Source: Camelus ferus
Taxonomy: Eukaryota
Assembly: GCF_009834535.1 (NCBI RefSeq)
Contig: NC_045696.1
Location: 93,374,001-93,438,000 of the forward strand
Direction: 5' to 3'
Length of the DNA stretch: 64,000 nucleotides
The notes under the pieces are model-generated. The model saw nothing but the letters and a program-made list of their open reading frames with translations, was not told the origin of the DNA and did not search any database. Every line of letters begins with the position of its first letter. The stretch's first letter is position 1. This document shows positions 24,527-38,260 of the stretch, one piece after another. Both the position numbers and the translations under genes were made by a program.

Positions 24527-25036
24527 TGAAACGGAGCAGGACCCTTTTGTAAGAAACAGGCTTCATTCAGCCTCCTTGACCTTCCCTGAGATCCAAAGGG
24601 TAGAGTCAAACAATTGCTAATCAGGGAAGGGAGGGGATGCAGAGACAAGGGAAGAACAGTCTGGAAACAATAGTGTAGCCTTGGGGCAGGGTTCTGGTTC
24701 CTCCTCAAGGAATATACATAACAATACCTTTGAGTTCATCCTTCCACCCAAGTGGAGGATGGCAACTTCAGGCTGAGCAGAAGATTCCTGGAGTACCACT
24801 GTGTTACATTACCACTAACCAATCAGAGGAAAGTCACACACCCTCCAGCCCTTACTCCAAAATTTGCATATAAAACCTTTTCCTTGAAAACCATCAGGGA
24901 GTTTGGGTTTTTCAAGTGCGAGCCACCCATCCTCATTGCTTGGCCCTGCAATAAACTTTTCTCTGCTCCAAACCCTGATGTTTCAGTTTGTTTGGCCTCA
25001 CTGTGCATCAGGCACATGAACTTTTGCTCGGTAACA
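24527..25036 (+). mobile_element. Solo ERV1-class LTR (510 bp)
   Basis: TG...CA ends, perfect 4-bp TSD atac (24523-24526 / 25037-25040), CCAAT ~24819, TATAAAA 24869-24875, AATAAA 24950-24955. Confidence 0.92.
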
Positions 25037-25085
25037 ATACTACACGGAATCTTGGCTGTTTAGGTTCTGGAACTTAAAAGGGAAA

Positions 25086-25477
25086 GAAAGAAAGAAAAAT
25101 GCCATATGATATCACTCATATGTGGAATCTAAAATAAAAAGAAGATGACAATAAATGAACTTAAATATAAAACAGAAACAGACTCACAGACATAGAATAC
25201 AAACTTGTGGTTGCCAGGGGGAAGGGGGATGGGAAGAGACAGACTGGGAGTTCAAGATTTGTAGATACTGACAGGTATATATAGAACAGATAAAAAAAAG
25301 TTTATACTGTATAGCACAGGGAAATATATATACGATTTTGTAGTAGCTCATAGTGAAAAAGAATATGAAAATGAATATATATATATTCATGTATGACTTA
25401 AAAATTGTGCTGTTCACCAGAATTTGACACAACATTGCAAACTGACTATAACTCAATAAAATACAATTAAAAAAAAG
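25086..25477 (+). mobile_element. Severely 5'-truncated L1 (3'UTR + tail)
   Basis: matches the L1 3' end at 16551-17110 in opposite orientation; TSD aaagggaaa 25077-25085 / 25478-25486 at TT/AAAA. Confidence 0.92.
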
Positions 25478-27052
25478 AAAGGGAAATCCTTACTTAGGTT
25501 TTCTCCAGAAAAAGTAATTTCCTTCTGCTATCCAGCTTCTCTTATTTGTCCCTGGCCTTCATTCAGGAAGAGCCTGGAAATTAATGCCCATAAACCCATT
25601 GCTGTTATGTGATACTAAATACAGGAGACTAAGAATGGGTAGGCCATAGAATTCTTAAACTACAATAAACACTTTTGACTCTGTGGTTATCTAAGGGTTT
25701 ATTTGCTTTTTATCTGTGCACCTGTGCAGAATTATGTATTTTTTTCTAAGTAAATACTTTTTCTTTTTCCTTGTAATTCAAAAAAGTAAACTCCTTCACC
25801 TTAGAGTCCTCATTCTTTTAAGCACTACGATAGCCACATTACTTAACATCATTAAGCCTCAGTTTTCCCACTTATAAAACAAGAGCTAGGTCAAACTAAG
25901 TTAAATGCTTTTTTCTGGCCTAAATACTTACGATACTCAGACATGTAGGTTCTTGTTTTCCCTTCAGAAACATTAGCTTTCAGTCAAATTGGCCCAAGGG
26001 GAAAAATAAAAAGTAGGTCATGTTTAACTCTGGTGTTTATTCTCTTATCCTTTCACTGTTGTTTGTTTTTATTCTCTTATTTTTTCATGCCCATTTCCAC
26101 ATTTCCTTTTTCCCTCTTAGCAAGCTAAATAGTGTAAAAAGTGAACGGACACTTTTCTTAGGATAGTGGGTCTTGGGAATAACAGACACTGTGTCCTGAG
26201 TCCCGCTTTTATGCAAGTTGTACAAATCTCACATTTTCATGGCCCATAATGGTGATCTGGCTTTCAACTATGAGAAAACAGCCTTTCAATATAGGTTGGT
26301 TGACCTGACAATCTTGAGATTTGTGTAGCCTGCCTCTTCTCAGTTCTGAGTTTCGGTCATCCATTCCTCAGCAAGAAGGTGCATTCCAGAACTGCTCATG
26401 TTACATAGCACAAACCACATCTGATTAGGTGGTGCAACACAAATTCTATTGATCAAATCAAGATTTTAGATGGTATTATATTCATTTTTCTGTGACTCAT
26501 AGAAATTTTTCTTTCTTATAAATTCAAATATAAGTGATTTTTTAAAATTTCTAAATGAGTTCTGATTGTCTTCAGACATTTTCTAATTTCTGTTTTTTTC
26601 TGCCTTGAGAAAGAATGGAAAACTCCTGCTCCTTTATTTTTAGAGTGCCCCTTCAGGTCTTTATTTCTCAGTTACCCTCCTATCACTTGAGTGGCTGATT
26701 AGGTTTCTCCACCTAATACCAAGAGCCAGTTCACAGCCAGAGTAAAATCATTTTCCATTGGAGCTCTGGGACTCTCTGGTGATCAGCAGAATTTTCCCTG
26801 ATTGATATGTTATACTATTTATGATGCTTAATAACAAACTATATATGTGATAGTATTTCTAGCTTCAGATAATTTTTTGAAATTGCTTGTTTAGATACTT
26901 TGGCACCCAACATCTGTATTAAATTGCTTTTGTTAATAGTGTAAGATTCTAACACACTTAGGAGGACCAAAAGCAATACTGACTTATAAAGACTGTGTAA
27001 CCATGAATATTGTTGACCCAGGTTTGGGAGAAATATTAAAAATAGTTATTGA

Positions 27053-28569
27053 CAGCATGGTATTGGCATAAAAACAGACATATGGATCAATGGAACAGAA
27101 TAAAGAGCCCAGAAATAAACCCACAGACCTACAGTCAATTAATCTTTGACAAAGGAGGCAAAAATATACAGTGGAGAAAAGACAGTCTCTTCAGCAAGTG
27201 GTGTTGGGAAAACTGGATTACAGCATGTAAATCAATGAAGTTAGAATACTCCCTCATTCCATACACAAAAATGAACTCAAAATGGCTTAAAGACTTAAAC
27301 ATCAGGCAATACACAATAAATCTCCTAGAAGGAAACATAGGCAAAACATTCTTTGACATAAATCTTAGCAATGTTCTCCCAGGGCAGTCTACCCAGTCAA
27401 TAGAAGTAAGAGCAAAAATAATAAATGGGACGGACCTAGTTAAACTTACAAGCTTTCGCACAGCAAAGGAAACCATAAGCAAACCAAAACGACAACATAT
27501 GGAATAGGGGAAAATATTTTTAAATGATGTGACTGACAAAGGCTTAATTTCCAGAATATATAAACAGCCCTTACAACTTAATAACAAAAATACAAACAAC
27601 CCAATTCAAAAATGGGCAGAAGACCTAAACAAGCAATTCTCCATATAGATGGTCAATAGGCACATGAAAAAATGCTCAATATTACTAATTATCAGAGAAA
27701 TGCAAATCAAAACTACAATGAGGTGTCATCTCACATCAGTCAGAATGGCTGTCATTCAAAAATCCATGAACAGTTAAATGCTGGAGAGGGTGTGGAGAAA
27801 AGAGAATCCTCCTACACTGTTGGTGGGAATGTAGTTTGGTGCAGCCATTATAGAAAACAGTATGGAAATTTCTCAAAAAACTAAAAATAGACCTACCATA
27901 TGATCCAGCAATCCCACTTCTGGGTATATATCTGGAGGGAACTCTAATTCAAAATGATATATGCACCCCAGTATTCATAGAAGCACTATATACAATAGCC
28001 AAGACACAAAAGCAACCTAAATGTCCATCGACAGGTTACTGGATAAAGAAGTTGTGGTATATTTATACCATGGAATACTACTCAGCCATAGAAAAGAATA
28101 GAATAATGCCATTTTCAGCAACGTGGATAGACCTAGAGATCGTCATTCTAAGTGAAGTAAGCCATAAAGAGAAAGAAAAATACCATATGATATCACTCAT
28201 ATGTGGAATCTGAAAAGAAAAAAAAAAAAAAAAAAAGGACACTATGAACTCATCTACAAAACAGAAACAGACTCACAGATGTAGTAAACAATTTTATGGC
28301 TACCAGGGAAACAGGGTGGGAAGGGATAAATTTCAGAGTTTGGGATTTACAAATGTTAGCCACTATATATAAAAATAGATTTTAAAAAGTTTTCTGTATA
28401 GCGCAGGGAACTATGTTCAATATCTTATAATAACCTTTAATGAAAAAGAATATGAAAATGAATATATGTATGTATATGCATGACTGGGACATTTTACTGT
28501 ACATCAGAAATTGACACACAGTAACTGTACTTCAATTTTAAAAATTAGTTATTTAAAAAAATAAAAATA
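27053..28569 (+). mobile_element. 5'-truncated L1 (ORF2 C-terminus + 3'UTR)
   Basis: ORF 27049-27507 [20 protein letters not shown] aaaaatagttattga 27038-27052 / aaaaatcagttattga 28570-28585. Confidence 0.95.
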
Positions 28570-28800
28570 AAAAATCAGTTATTGAGAAACTACTCTTTGT
28601 AAAAAAAAAAAGCTTTTATTAACCTATTGTTACTATTTTACCACCACTTGCTTTATCATTTGTCATTTGCTCTCATTGAGTACCTACTCTTGCCATGACC
28701 TTTACCTGCTTGCTAGTTCTAATCCGCACCACAAACATATGCAGTATAATTCATATTTTAGTTATAAGGGAACTAAGATTTAAAGAGATTAAATGGACAT

Positions 28801-29325
28801 CTGTTATTTTTCTTACCTATTGTCCTTATAAGAATATCCTGAATTTCTTTTGGAGAACTCTTACTCTCCATCATTTGGTCAGACAGTTGGATCATCCCCT
28901 GGCTCTAGGTCTGGATCCTCTGTTCTAGGCTTAGCAAATGGATCCTCTTTGCTAGAGTGACTGGTTCAGAAATGGGCATAAGATCTAACTCAGGTAAATT
29001 AGAACCAATCAGCATTAGCTTTAGGACATTCTTCTGGAACTACTAGGAAAGAACTCCTCTCTCACTTAGAGTTATTAAGCTGTGGAATGTAAATTTGAAG
29101 ATGTTAGAGATATTTTTTCCCTACCACAGAGAGAGATATATTATAAGATTTGAGAATAAAGCCCACAGAGAGGAAAGGAGGACTGACAGAAAGAGCCATA
29201 GATCCCTGGAATCAATATTTACAAGATAATGACTCAGTCATGTGAATCAACAATTTCCCTTTATGCTCAAACCAGGTTGATTTGGGATTCTGTCAGTTGC
29301 CACTGAAAACACTCTGACTAATGAA
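28801..29325 (+). mobile_element. MaLR LTR (MLT1-like) inserted into an antisense MIR (~28670-28795 and ~29340-29420)
   Basis: gtgactggttcagaaatgggcat; 3' end ttctgtcagttgccactgaaa..ctgactaat; MIR halves aactaagatttaaagagatt / gccaaggttaca..gagctggaatttgaact. Confidence 0.7.
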
Positions 29326-30040
29326 AAAGCTTTGCTCTTCGCCAAGGTTACAAGATCATAAAGTGTCAGGAGCTGGAATTTGAACTAAGTCCTGTCTTAA
29401 GTCAAACCCCTCCCTGGTTCAAGTGGACAATGTGCCTTCCAATGGTCACAGAGAGCTGGAGAACAAGAAGGGGAAAATTATACACACAGCATTTTAAGAA
29501 GCCTATTTCAGTAAACCAGTTCAATTTTTAACATGTCTGGCATACATGTCCTTGCAGAAAATCATGCTCAGCATTGTGGCAAATGAAAAAGGAAGCAGAA
29601 ATCAGAATAACTCCTTGTGTAAGTTATACAGTAATGGAGGATAAAAGACATAAAAGTCATAAAAAGTAAAGCAGGAAAAAAGACAAATTGGGAAGTTTGA
29701 TCATTTTGAAATGAATGAGAAATTGATAAAACATTTCAGTCTGAAGTAGAAAGTAAAGGACCAAATCATTAGCCAATTCTGGTTTTCCAATGCTATCTAC
29801 AGAGTGACTTTTCCTTGGATCCTTTAGGTACATTACATTAGAGTCATCTTTAGTCCTCTCTTGCCTCCATCAAAAAGTCTCCAAATGGGTCATAATGATC
29901 CTATTTTTAGAATATTATTTTATTTTTCATATTTCCATGGGCCTGGGCATTTTTATATTAGCCAGGACTACTGCAGTAGTATATTTGCTATACTTCTGTT
30001 TTCAAGCGAGGGGACTTTATAACCTAAGAATGTACCAAAT

Positions 30041-30290
30041 TAGTGTGTTTTAAACTATGGGACACTAACCATGAGTACATCATAGAATTGATTTAGTTGA
30101 TTATGACCAGTATTTCTTTTTAAAAAGAACAGACATATTGCAAGGGTAGGTATTGCAGCACAAGAATTCTGTTTTATACAGAAGTAGATATGAGCATTGA
30201 TATAGATATTAGGTATTTAATATGATGTGAAGGTGCGTGCATGTGTGTGCTGAGTTTTTCCAAACAAAAAGTTTGAAAACCAATGAACTG
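30041..30290. mobile_element. hAT-Charlie-type MITE relic
   Basis: inverted ends tagtgtgttttaaact / aagtttgaaaaccaatg. Confidence 0.5.
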
Positions 30291-33200
30291 GACAGAATGG
30301 TAATCAGCAATCAATCAAAGAGAATATATTAGCAAAGTATCTAGTGTGTGCAAACATTGCTATAGGAATCATCATTATAAAATACAAATTTGTTTTTGCA
30401 TTATCCTTAATGGGAAAACTACAGTGAATAGAAATTCCATAAGTTCGAACATGCTACAACGTTGGCCACCCAATGATGCTTCCTATGAAACAATCCTCAT
30501 TCACCGTTGCTCTCTGAGCACTGCATCCTCTCCTCTCTGCCAAGTGACAACACTACTTCCATTGAGAATCTTGTTCAAAACACACTTCCTCTACAAAACT
30601 GTGAGGAAATTTGTCCTTGAGAAAAGTTAGTGTATACCTCATTTGATTAAAATATGTTAACTTATTACTAAAACAGAATATGCCTACTGTAGAAAATTTA
30701 GAAAATACAGAAAAACAGAGGTATAAAGAAAGAGAGAAAAGGAAAATCATTTGTACTAATCTAGAATTATCCATTATTCACATTTTGGGTAGCTAGAAAT
30801 TGCCTCTAGATGGCCACAGAGAAATTTTTATTTTGAGATATTGAAGAGGAATAATTATTCCGCCCCAATTTTCCCAGTTAAAACTTGAATAAAACATAAC
30901 CAATGTGGTCATAAATCACTGATAATTAAACAATGAATAATTATCACTTTTGAGCTTTAAGGATAAGAAGAACAGGGGTTTGGCCAAGATTACCTATGAT
31001 TAAATGCCATTTATAAGAATTGATGTAACTTATTTGTTTCATCAATAGCCTGTGTCAGTTTTGCTTTGATTCAGAAAAGCTGGTTTTCAGAGTGTCACAA
31101 TAATGTTATGGGTTGGCAGAACTATAGCGTACATTGGTTAAACCTGATGAGGAAGAACTGAAAAATCTGGGAAAATAAAACACGTGGGAAATGTTAGACT
31201 AAGTCATTTAGAGAAAAGCAGGATTGGATTTGTAACTCTAGTTCAGTTGCTGTTGTCTCCCTCCCACCCCCAAACCATCTCTGCCAACCATTTTTCAAAA
31301 TAAATTAGTGATAAAGCTAGCAAGAATAACAAAAGTTTTGCTGAAATGCTGATATAGTTTCATTCCTTGAATATCAAGGGAAGTAAATCTGAGGTTATGA
31401 ATATTAAATTTCATGGCCTGGTTTATGGTCTCATCCCTGTGTCTTGTCCCCACATTTCTGGGCCAGATTTGGAGCTCCCATTAATGTCAAATGGAGATTT
31501 GCCCTGAGGCAGGAAACTGATGGGTTTTAGGAACAGAATGAGGATTTGCCCCAGTGGGAATGAGTAAAGGAAAAGGAAGTTAGCTTTTGTAAAGAAAGCA
31601 AAAAAATCTGTCTAGAAGTTGAAATAAAAAATAAAACTTTTTCAGATATCTTTGTTATTTGATGTAGAAACCATTACAGTGTTTGAAGTTAGCGATTTAG
31701 CAGTTTTTATTCAATTGCCTTTCAGAAATAGTAGTATCTGTAAACAATAGTGTTCTGTGGTCTCTGTGGTCTTTTGTGAGAGTCTTTTCTTATCATGGGT
31801 CATAAATATTTGTGATGAGAATTTAACAAAACACTCGGTGTTTAAGAAACAAGATTCCGTCCCGGGCTTTCCTAACGGGGAAACGAGAAAAAGGTTACTG
31901 TGTACTTCGGCAAATATGACCCTTAGAGAATGACCAAAGAAATGGAAAGAAAATTATTTTATATCCCTCTAGGAAAGTTCTATAAAAAAATATAAAGGGC
32001 AGCCAGCTATGGTTGAATTTCTACCAAAACTAACAAAAGCCAAAAAGGCAAAAAAAACCCCAACCATCTTAGATTAGATGGTCACAAAGGTTAGTATCCT
32101 ACCCTTATGGTCCACCTTGTTTTCTATGGACTTTGCAAGGGGACACATTCATTTAATTTCAGGCAAGTCAACTGCTCTGGAAAGCCCTGCAAGACCAGCC
32201 TCTTCCCAGGGAAAGGCTGAAAGGCAGCATCTGTTGAGCTAACCATTAGAGATTGGTGGTAATAGGCAGTAGGCGCCTTAGATACGTTGTTATTGCTTTG
32301 ATTCCTACAGTTCTGCTTTGAGGGAAGCACTACTGTCCATAGGAAGCTGACCAGAAAGGAGGCCAGAAGGGTAATGTAAATTTACCTAAACTAGGCTCAC
32401 TTGGCATATCTGTGTTGGAGTTGGGGTTTAAATAAAACCTAACTCTGAAATTGGTGAAACCAGTGATGAGGTAGTTTATCAGAAAACAAAGTCATAAAGA
32501 CATTCCTGAAATGTTTTCCTGGAGGTGCAAAATTAAAAGTGACTCACTAAGTGTGTTAACGTAGAAAGAGGAGCTACTGTCTCTGGAAAGAAGAAGAGGA
32601 AGCATAGGGTAAAGCTAAGTGCAGATCAAAATTAATTACTGCAATGAAGGACAGAGTCAACTGTGTACAAGCCATATGCCTGGGACAAAATAAAAACAAT
32701 AATTTGCTTCTTAATGAAGAAAAGCAAGATTTAGTGTATACACGCAATGGAAATTTGGAACACAAAAGAAAATTTGAAAACTAAAGAAAAATACAGACTG
32801 TTGATTTTAAAATAGTCTTAGAACTCTTTTTTGTAGTTAATTACAAGTGGTTTCTTTATTCTGAAATTTAGACCAAATATACTGAAGAAATATGTTTTTC
32901 TGTCTTTGAGTGAGCCTATTATGTACGTAAATAATTAGCATTCAATTTTTTAAAGAAATATTCATAGAACAGCAAACGTTCACTATATTTCTATGTAATT
33001 GATCAAGGCCACTTATTTGAGTAAAATATGTTCAGTTAAATCACTTGGGAGGCAGTATCTTCCATTTGGAACAATCTAGAATTGAGGTTAACCAGGGTTC
33101 CTGTATTACTCATGGGCTCTGCATGTATGGTGACATAAAGTCATACAGCAAAAAACCTATTACTTTTCTAACTTTTAATGACAGTATTTTTTCTTCTTTA

Positions 33201-33595
33201 AAATTTATTTCCTTTAAGTCTACACTAAAGATCTAACATCTACAGCTAGGCAAACAAATTAATGGTTATTATAGTATTTCTGAGAATGTCAAAGAGTTAT
33301 AACACCACTAAAGAGCAAACCTAAATGTTGATTAAAATAAAATTAAACCATTAAAAACTCCACAAGTAAAAATAGGGAAACACAGTTAACTTTCACATAT
33401 TAGAGCATTGGTTTTTGTTGTTTTGTTTTGTACTATCCATCTTCATTTTTTTAAACTCCTTTTCCATCCATTGTCTGAATTTTTAATCAGCTAACTTTTC
33501 CCGAGAAAGGTACCAAAGGCTTGGTTCAGTGAACAGATTAAATGGGAAAGAAACTTTGAAACTGAAATCAACCTTAAATAAATCACAATAATGGA

Positions 33596-33957
33596 CAGGG
33601 CTGGGCTAGGGTTGGTCACTTGCCTTGAAGCAAAATTTAAGGGGCATCAAAAAATAAAAATTTTAATGCAATATTTAATGTAATTCGTATAACATCCATG
33701 ATGAAAAAAATAAAAATTTTAAATAAAGACAAGCTGTTGTTTATTTGCTTTACCACCCTGCATCATTGCACAACTGTTTCAAATCAGCCCATAGTTCCCA
33801 GCCAGAGTGGCGCTCATGGCTTCTGCCAGGTCTGTGAGGGTTGACAACAGTATGTGAACAGTGTCTTGACTGTAGAACTTTTACTAACTTTTTCTACTTG
33901 GTTCAAAATAGGGGAGGGTATTGTTTTTCCTTTTGCCTCACCTCCAACGTGGCCTTG
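33596..33957. mobile_element. hAT relic, MER96B-like
   Basis: cagggctgggctaggg...gcaaaatttaaggggc at the left end; tgcctcacct...ggccttg at the right end. Confidence 0.55.
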
Positions 33958-35711
33958 CTCAGCACTTGATAATGAAGTGAGACCCAAGCAGCTTACACCT
34001 TTGGGTTTGAAAATGAGTGTGTTTAATATCCTGAGGGTTTGCTGCAGACAAAGCTAGGAATTATTTCATGGGGATCTAAAGAAATTAAAACATGTTCTAG
34101 CTTTCCTATCAGCATTTTGGAATGCCAAGGTCAATTTTATTACTGTTCTAGGCAAAAATATATATGCCTAATCCCTAGAGTAGTGCCTGAAGTGGATTAG
34201 CTGTCCATACATGTTAGTCCTCTGATCTCTCAAACTCATCCAGGTGGAAAAAACACTGGTTTTAGTTGTTAAATAGAAATTAATAGTAATAATATTTAAT
34301 AAATCATTCAAATTCATCAAGAACACTTGAGGCCTTAAATTATTGCACTTGGTAACCTCAAGAATTCTTCTTCCTTTTTTTTTTTTTTTCTGGCTGGTCT
34401 TTTATATTTTCTTTCAAGGCTCTGAAGTCCTGGGTCTCATCTCTCAAAACCACAATTAAGTACAACTCAGAATCCATTTCCTAACTTCCTTCTCCTACAA
34501 GGAAAAACTAAAAGACATGCCATTTAGGTTTCTATGAGATTCTGCCCTATCTCAATGTGTGAAATTCCTTGAGATCATGTTCAGTGTTTTGAACATCACA
34601 GTTTGTTTTTGATAAATGCATATTGAATTAAATACTGTGATTTGATTGTAGCAACAGTCTGACTACCAATTTTTCCCTTATTTTTTTTCAGGTTTCAAGT
34701 GGATGGTAGATTTCATGTGCCTGACTAATTTCAGACCAGACCAACACAATGCTTTGTGCTGGAACAATCAAAAGTACCTGGAGAAGACCAAGTCCCCAGG
34801 AAACTCAATCTGCACCAACCAAGCTGTGTGAGAATCCCAGAAGATTTTAGGGAAAATAACCTTATTGTCTGTTTGGAAGCATTCAGAGTAGCCTGAATCC
34901 CTTTCTCAATCTTGTGGAAATCTTTTTCCTGCATACCATGTCAAAAAAACTAACACAACAACAACAACAAAAACTAAGCACCCAAGCCCAGAAATAGATG
35001 ACAGCAGGTTGTAACACAATTTCATTGAGTGGAAGGTTAGAGAGGGATTTCCCATTCTGGTAGCTTGAAGATCTCCTACAAATGCATTCTAAGGTTCTGG
35101 TATTTCTCCCTTTTCTTTCATTTTGCCAAATATATCTGGGCAGTAAGTAACAACAACAACAACAACAATATAACCTAAAAGAATAATGATAATGGTGGGC
35201 ATTTTAACTCTCCTTATCAGGCTGGTAGATCACAGACTAGAGGATGGGAGATTTCAAGGCACACCACAGAAGCAACAACCTTGAGGATGAGTAGCCTTAG
35301 AAACAAGCCAGAGAATAATACAGACATCAAGTACTGTAGAAGTTTTTCATATAGAGCATTCACCTTTTGGTTTTAAGCGCAGCACAAGAAAATATGTCTA
35401 AAGGAACTTGAAGGCACACAAAGATGATTATTTTTACACAATCTCCAGAATATGTAACTAGCTTCTGGGAAAACAAAAGTTGACCATGTGATGCTGCTTA
35501 AAACTTAGTGGGATGTCATGTACATAATAGGTGTTTAACACTTTTGAAGTTCGATTTTGATATTGATTTTGCTTAGATGCAAACCTCTTAAAAGCAATAT
35601 GCCATATGGCTTTGAGTTTTGCTTAGTAGAGATACATATTTTTCCCCAGATTAAAATATTTTTTCTTTTTACTAGATAGTCATTAATAATCCCATAATAT
35701 TTAAAAACATA

Positions 35712-36018
35712 CAACCTAGAAGAAATGGATAAGTTTCTGGAAACATACAGTCCACCAAGACTGAATCAAGAAGAAATAGACCACTTGAACAGACTGATCA
35801 CTAGAAATCAAACAGACTCAGCAATAATTAAACCTCCCTACAAACAAAAGGCCGGGACCAGATGGCTTCACTGGGGAATTCTACCAAACATACAGAGAAG
35901 AATTCACACCGGTCCTGCTCAGATTCTTCCAAAAGATTGAAAAGGAGGGAGTACTCCCAAACTCATTCTATGATGCTATTATTACCCTGATACCAAAACC
36001 AGACAAAGACACTACCAT
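35712..36018 (+). mobile_element. Internal L1 ORF2 fragment without tail, flanked by TSD
   Basis: encodes [21 protein letters not shown]...PKPDKDT; direct repeat (t)aaaaacata 35702-35711 / 36018-36027. Confidence 0.92.
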
Positions 36019-37029
36019 AAAAACATATACATTGATTTACTTGTTACAATATAAATAATGAATTCCTTAGTGTTGTTTTCTTAAGGGATTCAAAATCTGA
36101 AATGAAATACTATTCTGTCTGCTCACCAAAAAAATAACTACAAACTTGATAAAACAGTGCCAGTTATAAGGGAAAAAATTTTGGCCATATATTATTGATT
36201 TTACAGAGATAATCTTGAAGAGGATAAATCTAGCTTGGAGTGTCCTAAAACACAAAGTTATTAAGGGAAATGTTTTTGATGACTTGAGCACAGAACAATT
36301 TGACCTGGATTTTGAAAGCCACAGAGCCTGGTTTAAAAGTGGTAAGTAGTGGTGTAGCTGGTATTACTGCTGTTCTAAAGGGAAGAGGATTTAAGTAACA
36401 TTTTTCACTTGAAATTTGTTGAGTGAAATGGAAGGAGGGTCTGTGAGAGAGACCATAATAGCTTAGGATCAATCGCATTTTCGTTCAGTCTAGTTGTCCT
36501 GTACGACAGATAATAGGTCTAATGCCTTAATGTATAGCATCTGAAAATAAAAACTTCTAGGACTTCCAGATCCTTTCAGTGTATCCACAATAGAGACGTT
36601 CACGTTGCTCATCCAGCGGAAGAGATACGGTCAGGCTTACTCAGGCCAGCGCATTGCCTCACGACAGAAGAGAAATCTCAGGCTTTCCCATGTTATTAAA
36701 GGAGTCTCTGTGAAAACACTGACATTTCGTTTGGTATTCAGCTGGACATTGAGACACTGTCAACTCCCCAGATCAATTTGAGTCATGTTAAAAATACTTT
36801 GGTATGTGTGGTTGGTTAACTGCAGGTGTTTGGCTGTGAAAGTTGAGGACACACAAACATGCAGCCAGAACATTGTGGTGATATGACGGGTTCACGATGA
36901 TTTGAGTGGAAGCTGAGAGAAAACATTGTTTACTACCAATTAATTTTTTCCTTTCGGAAGTGTCTCTGTGAAGCCAAACATCTGTGTAAAAACAAAAAGC
37001 CTTAGAGGATTATTTGTAAGGATTTTTTC

Positions 37030-38045
37030 CTCCGTTCATCCAATCATTTATTTATTCAACAAATATTTACTGGGTGTTTATCATAGACAAGGTCTTACTG
37101 CCAAAGAGCTTAGAAGGGGAGAAAGTTATGCACACATACCAATATTATTATAGAAGTTAGAAATAAATTGGAGAGTGCCACGAGAGAGATGTAAGTGAAC
37201 TGTTACACCTGAGCAGCTTGCCTACGTATAGCTAGGAGATTCAGGGATGCCTCTGAATAAGATGGCACTGAGCTGAGCCTTAAACTGAGTATCTTCATTC
37301 TAACTGGGGTTGTGGCTATGTAACAGAGACATCTTTGGTTGCAAAGTGCAGAAAATACAACAAAAACTTGAATTAGGATACAAGGGAGGGCAAAATCCAT
37401 TAGATCATGATGGTTCTCATTCAAACCACTTGATTGGAATACAGTGGGAGCATTTTATGCAAGATTAGGAAGTGGAATGGTGTGCTTACTCCAGAGTGTG
37501 AGAAGAGATTGGTTTATAAAACCGCATCCATTAAACACTAGCCTAAGATGTCAGGCTGTAAAGGCAGATGCTGCTACAAATGTCAGTAAAGGTATTTAAC
37601 AGTATACAGATGAAAAAGCAGGGAGTAGAAAGCTAGTACAGTAGAAAGGCAAGGGGAGATCAAGAAGGCTTGGGACTCTGATTGTGAGGTTAAAGTTAGA
37701 GGCATGGGTATGTATTCTAGATCTGCCACTTGTAGAACCAATACCACTTGGCACCCAATTTGAATGTGAATATTAATGATTTTCATGGTGCCATAAACCA
37801 AAGTAGTATGTACACAAAAAGGAACACGTGTGTGAGGGATGAGAATATAATTAATCTGGTACATACTGAGCCTGAAGTGTAGATAGGATATGCGAGTAGC
37901 AATGTGGAGCAGGTGTTTGGGTACTAGTGCTGGACAGGTGTCAGGATGGGACCAGAGAGCTAGGAGTTCTGCAGAGGTGATAATCAAAGTCTAGTGTTCA
38001 TCAGGAGAGTGCATGCTGAGAAAGAAGGGAGAAGAGAACCTGATC
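37030..38045. mobile_element. Nested old relics (antisense L2 with MLT1-like and MIR pieces)
   Basis: tttattcaacaaatatttactg L2 tail; tttggttgcaaagtgcagaaa MLT1-like end; tctagatctgccactt MIR-like piece. Confidence 0.55.
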
Positions 38046-38260
38046 AAATTGTCTGATAACTTAAAACACCAGAATATTTAGAAAAGTATGGATATTTTAT
38101 GCTCCTAAACCAACTAAATACCTACTTGAAGTTTTACTTTTCATCCTCATGGTTTAATAGATAGGGACATTTACATTTAATTGTGATTTTAAAATTTATT
38201 ATTGCATATGGGTAAGTATGGTGATTTCTAACATTTGAGCTTGGTGCCAGAGTCTATATG

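Noticed and set aside
34660..34800. Strong splice-acceptor-like ttttttttcag at ~34691
   Set aside because: Frames checked close quickly or match nothing recognisable; a non-coding exon cannot be excluded without RNA data
36470..36960. Mild CpG enrichment suggesting a pseudogene or regulatory site
   Set aside because: Translations tried are unrecognisable and CpG density is far below island level
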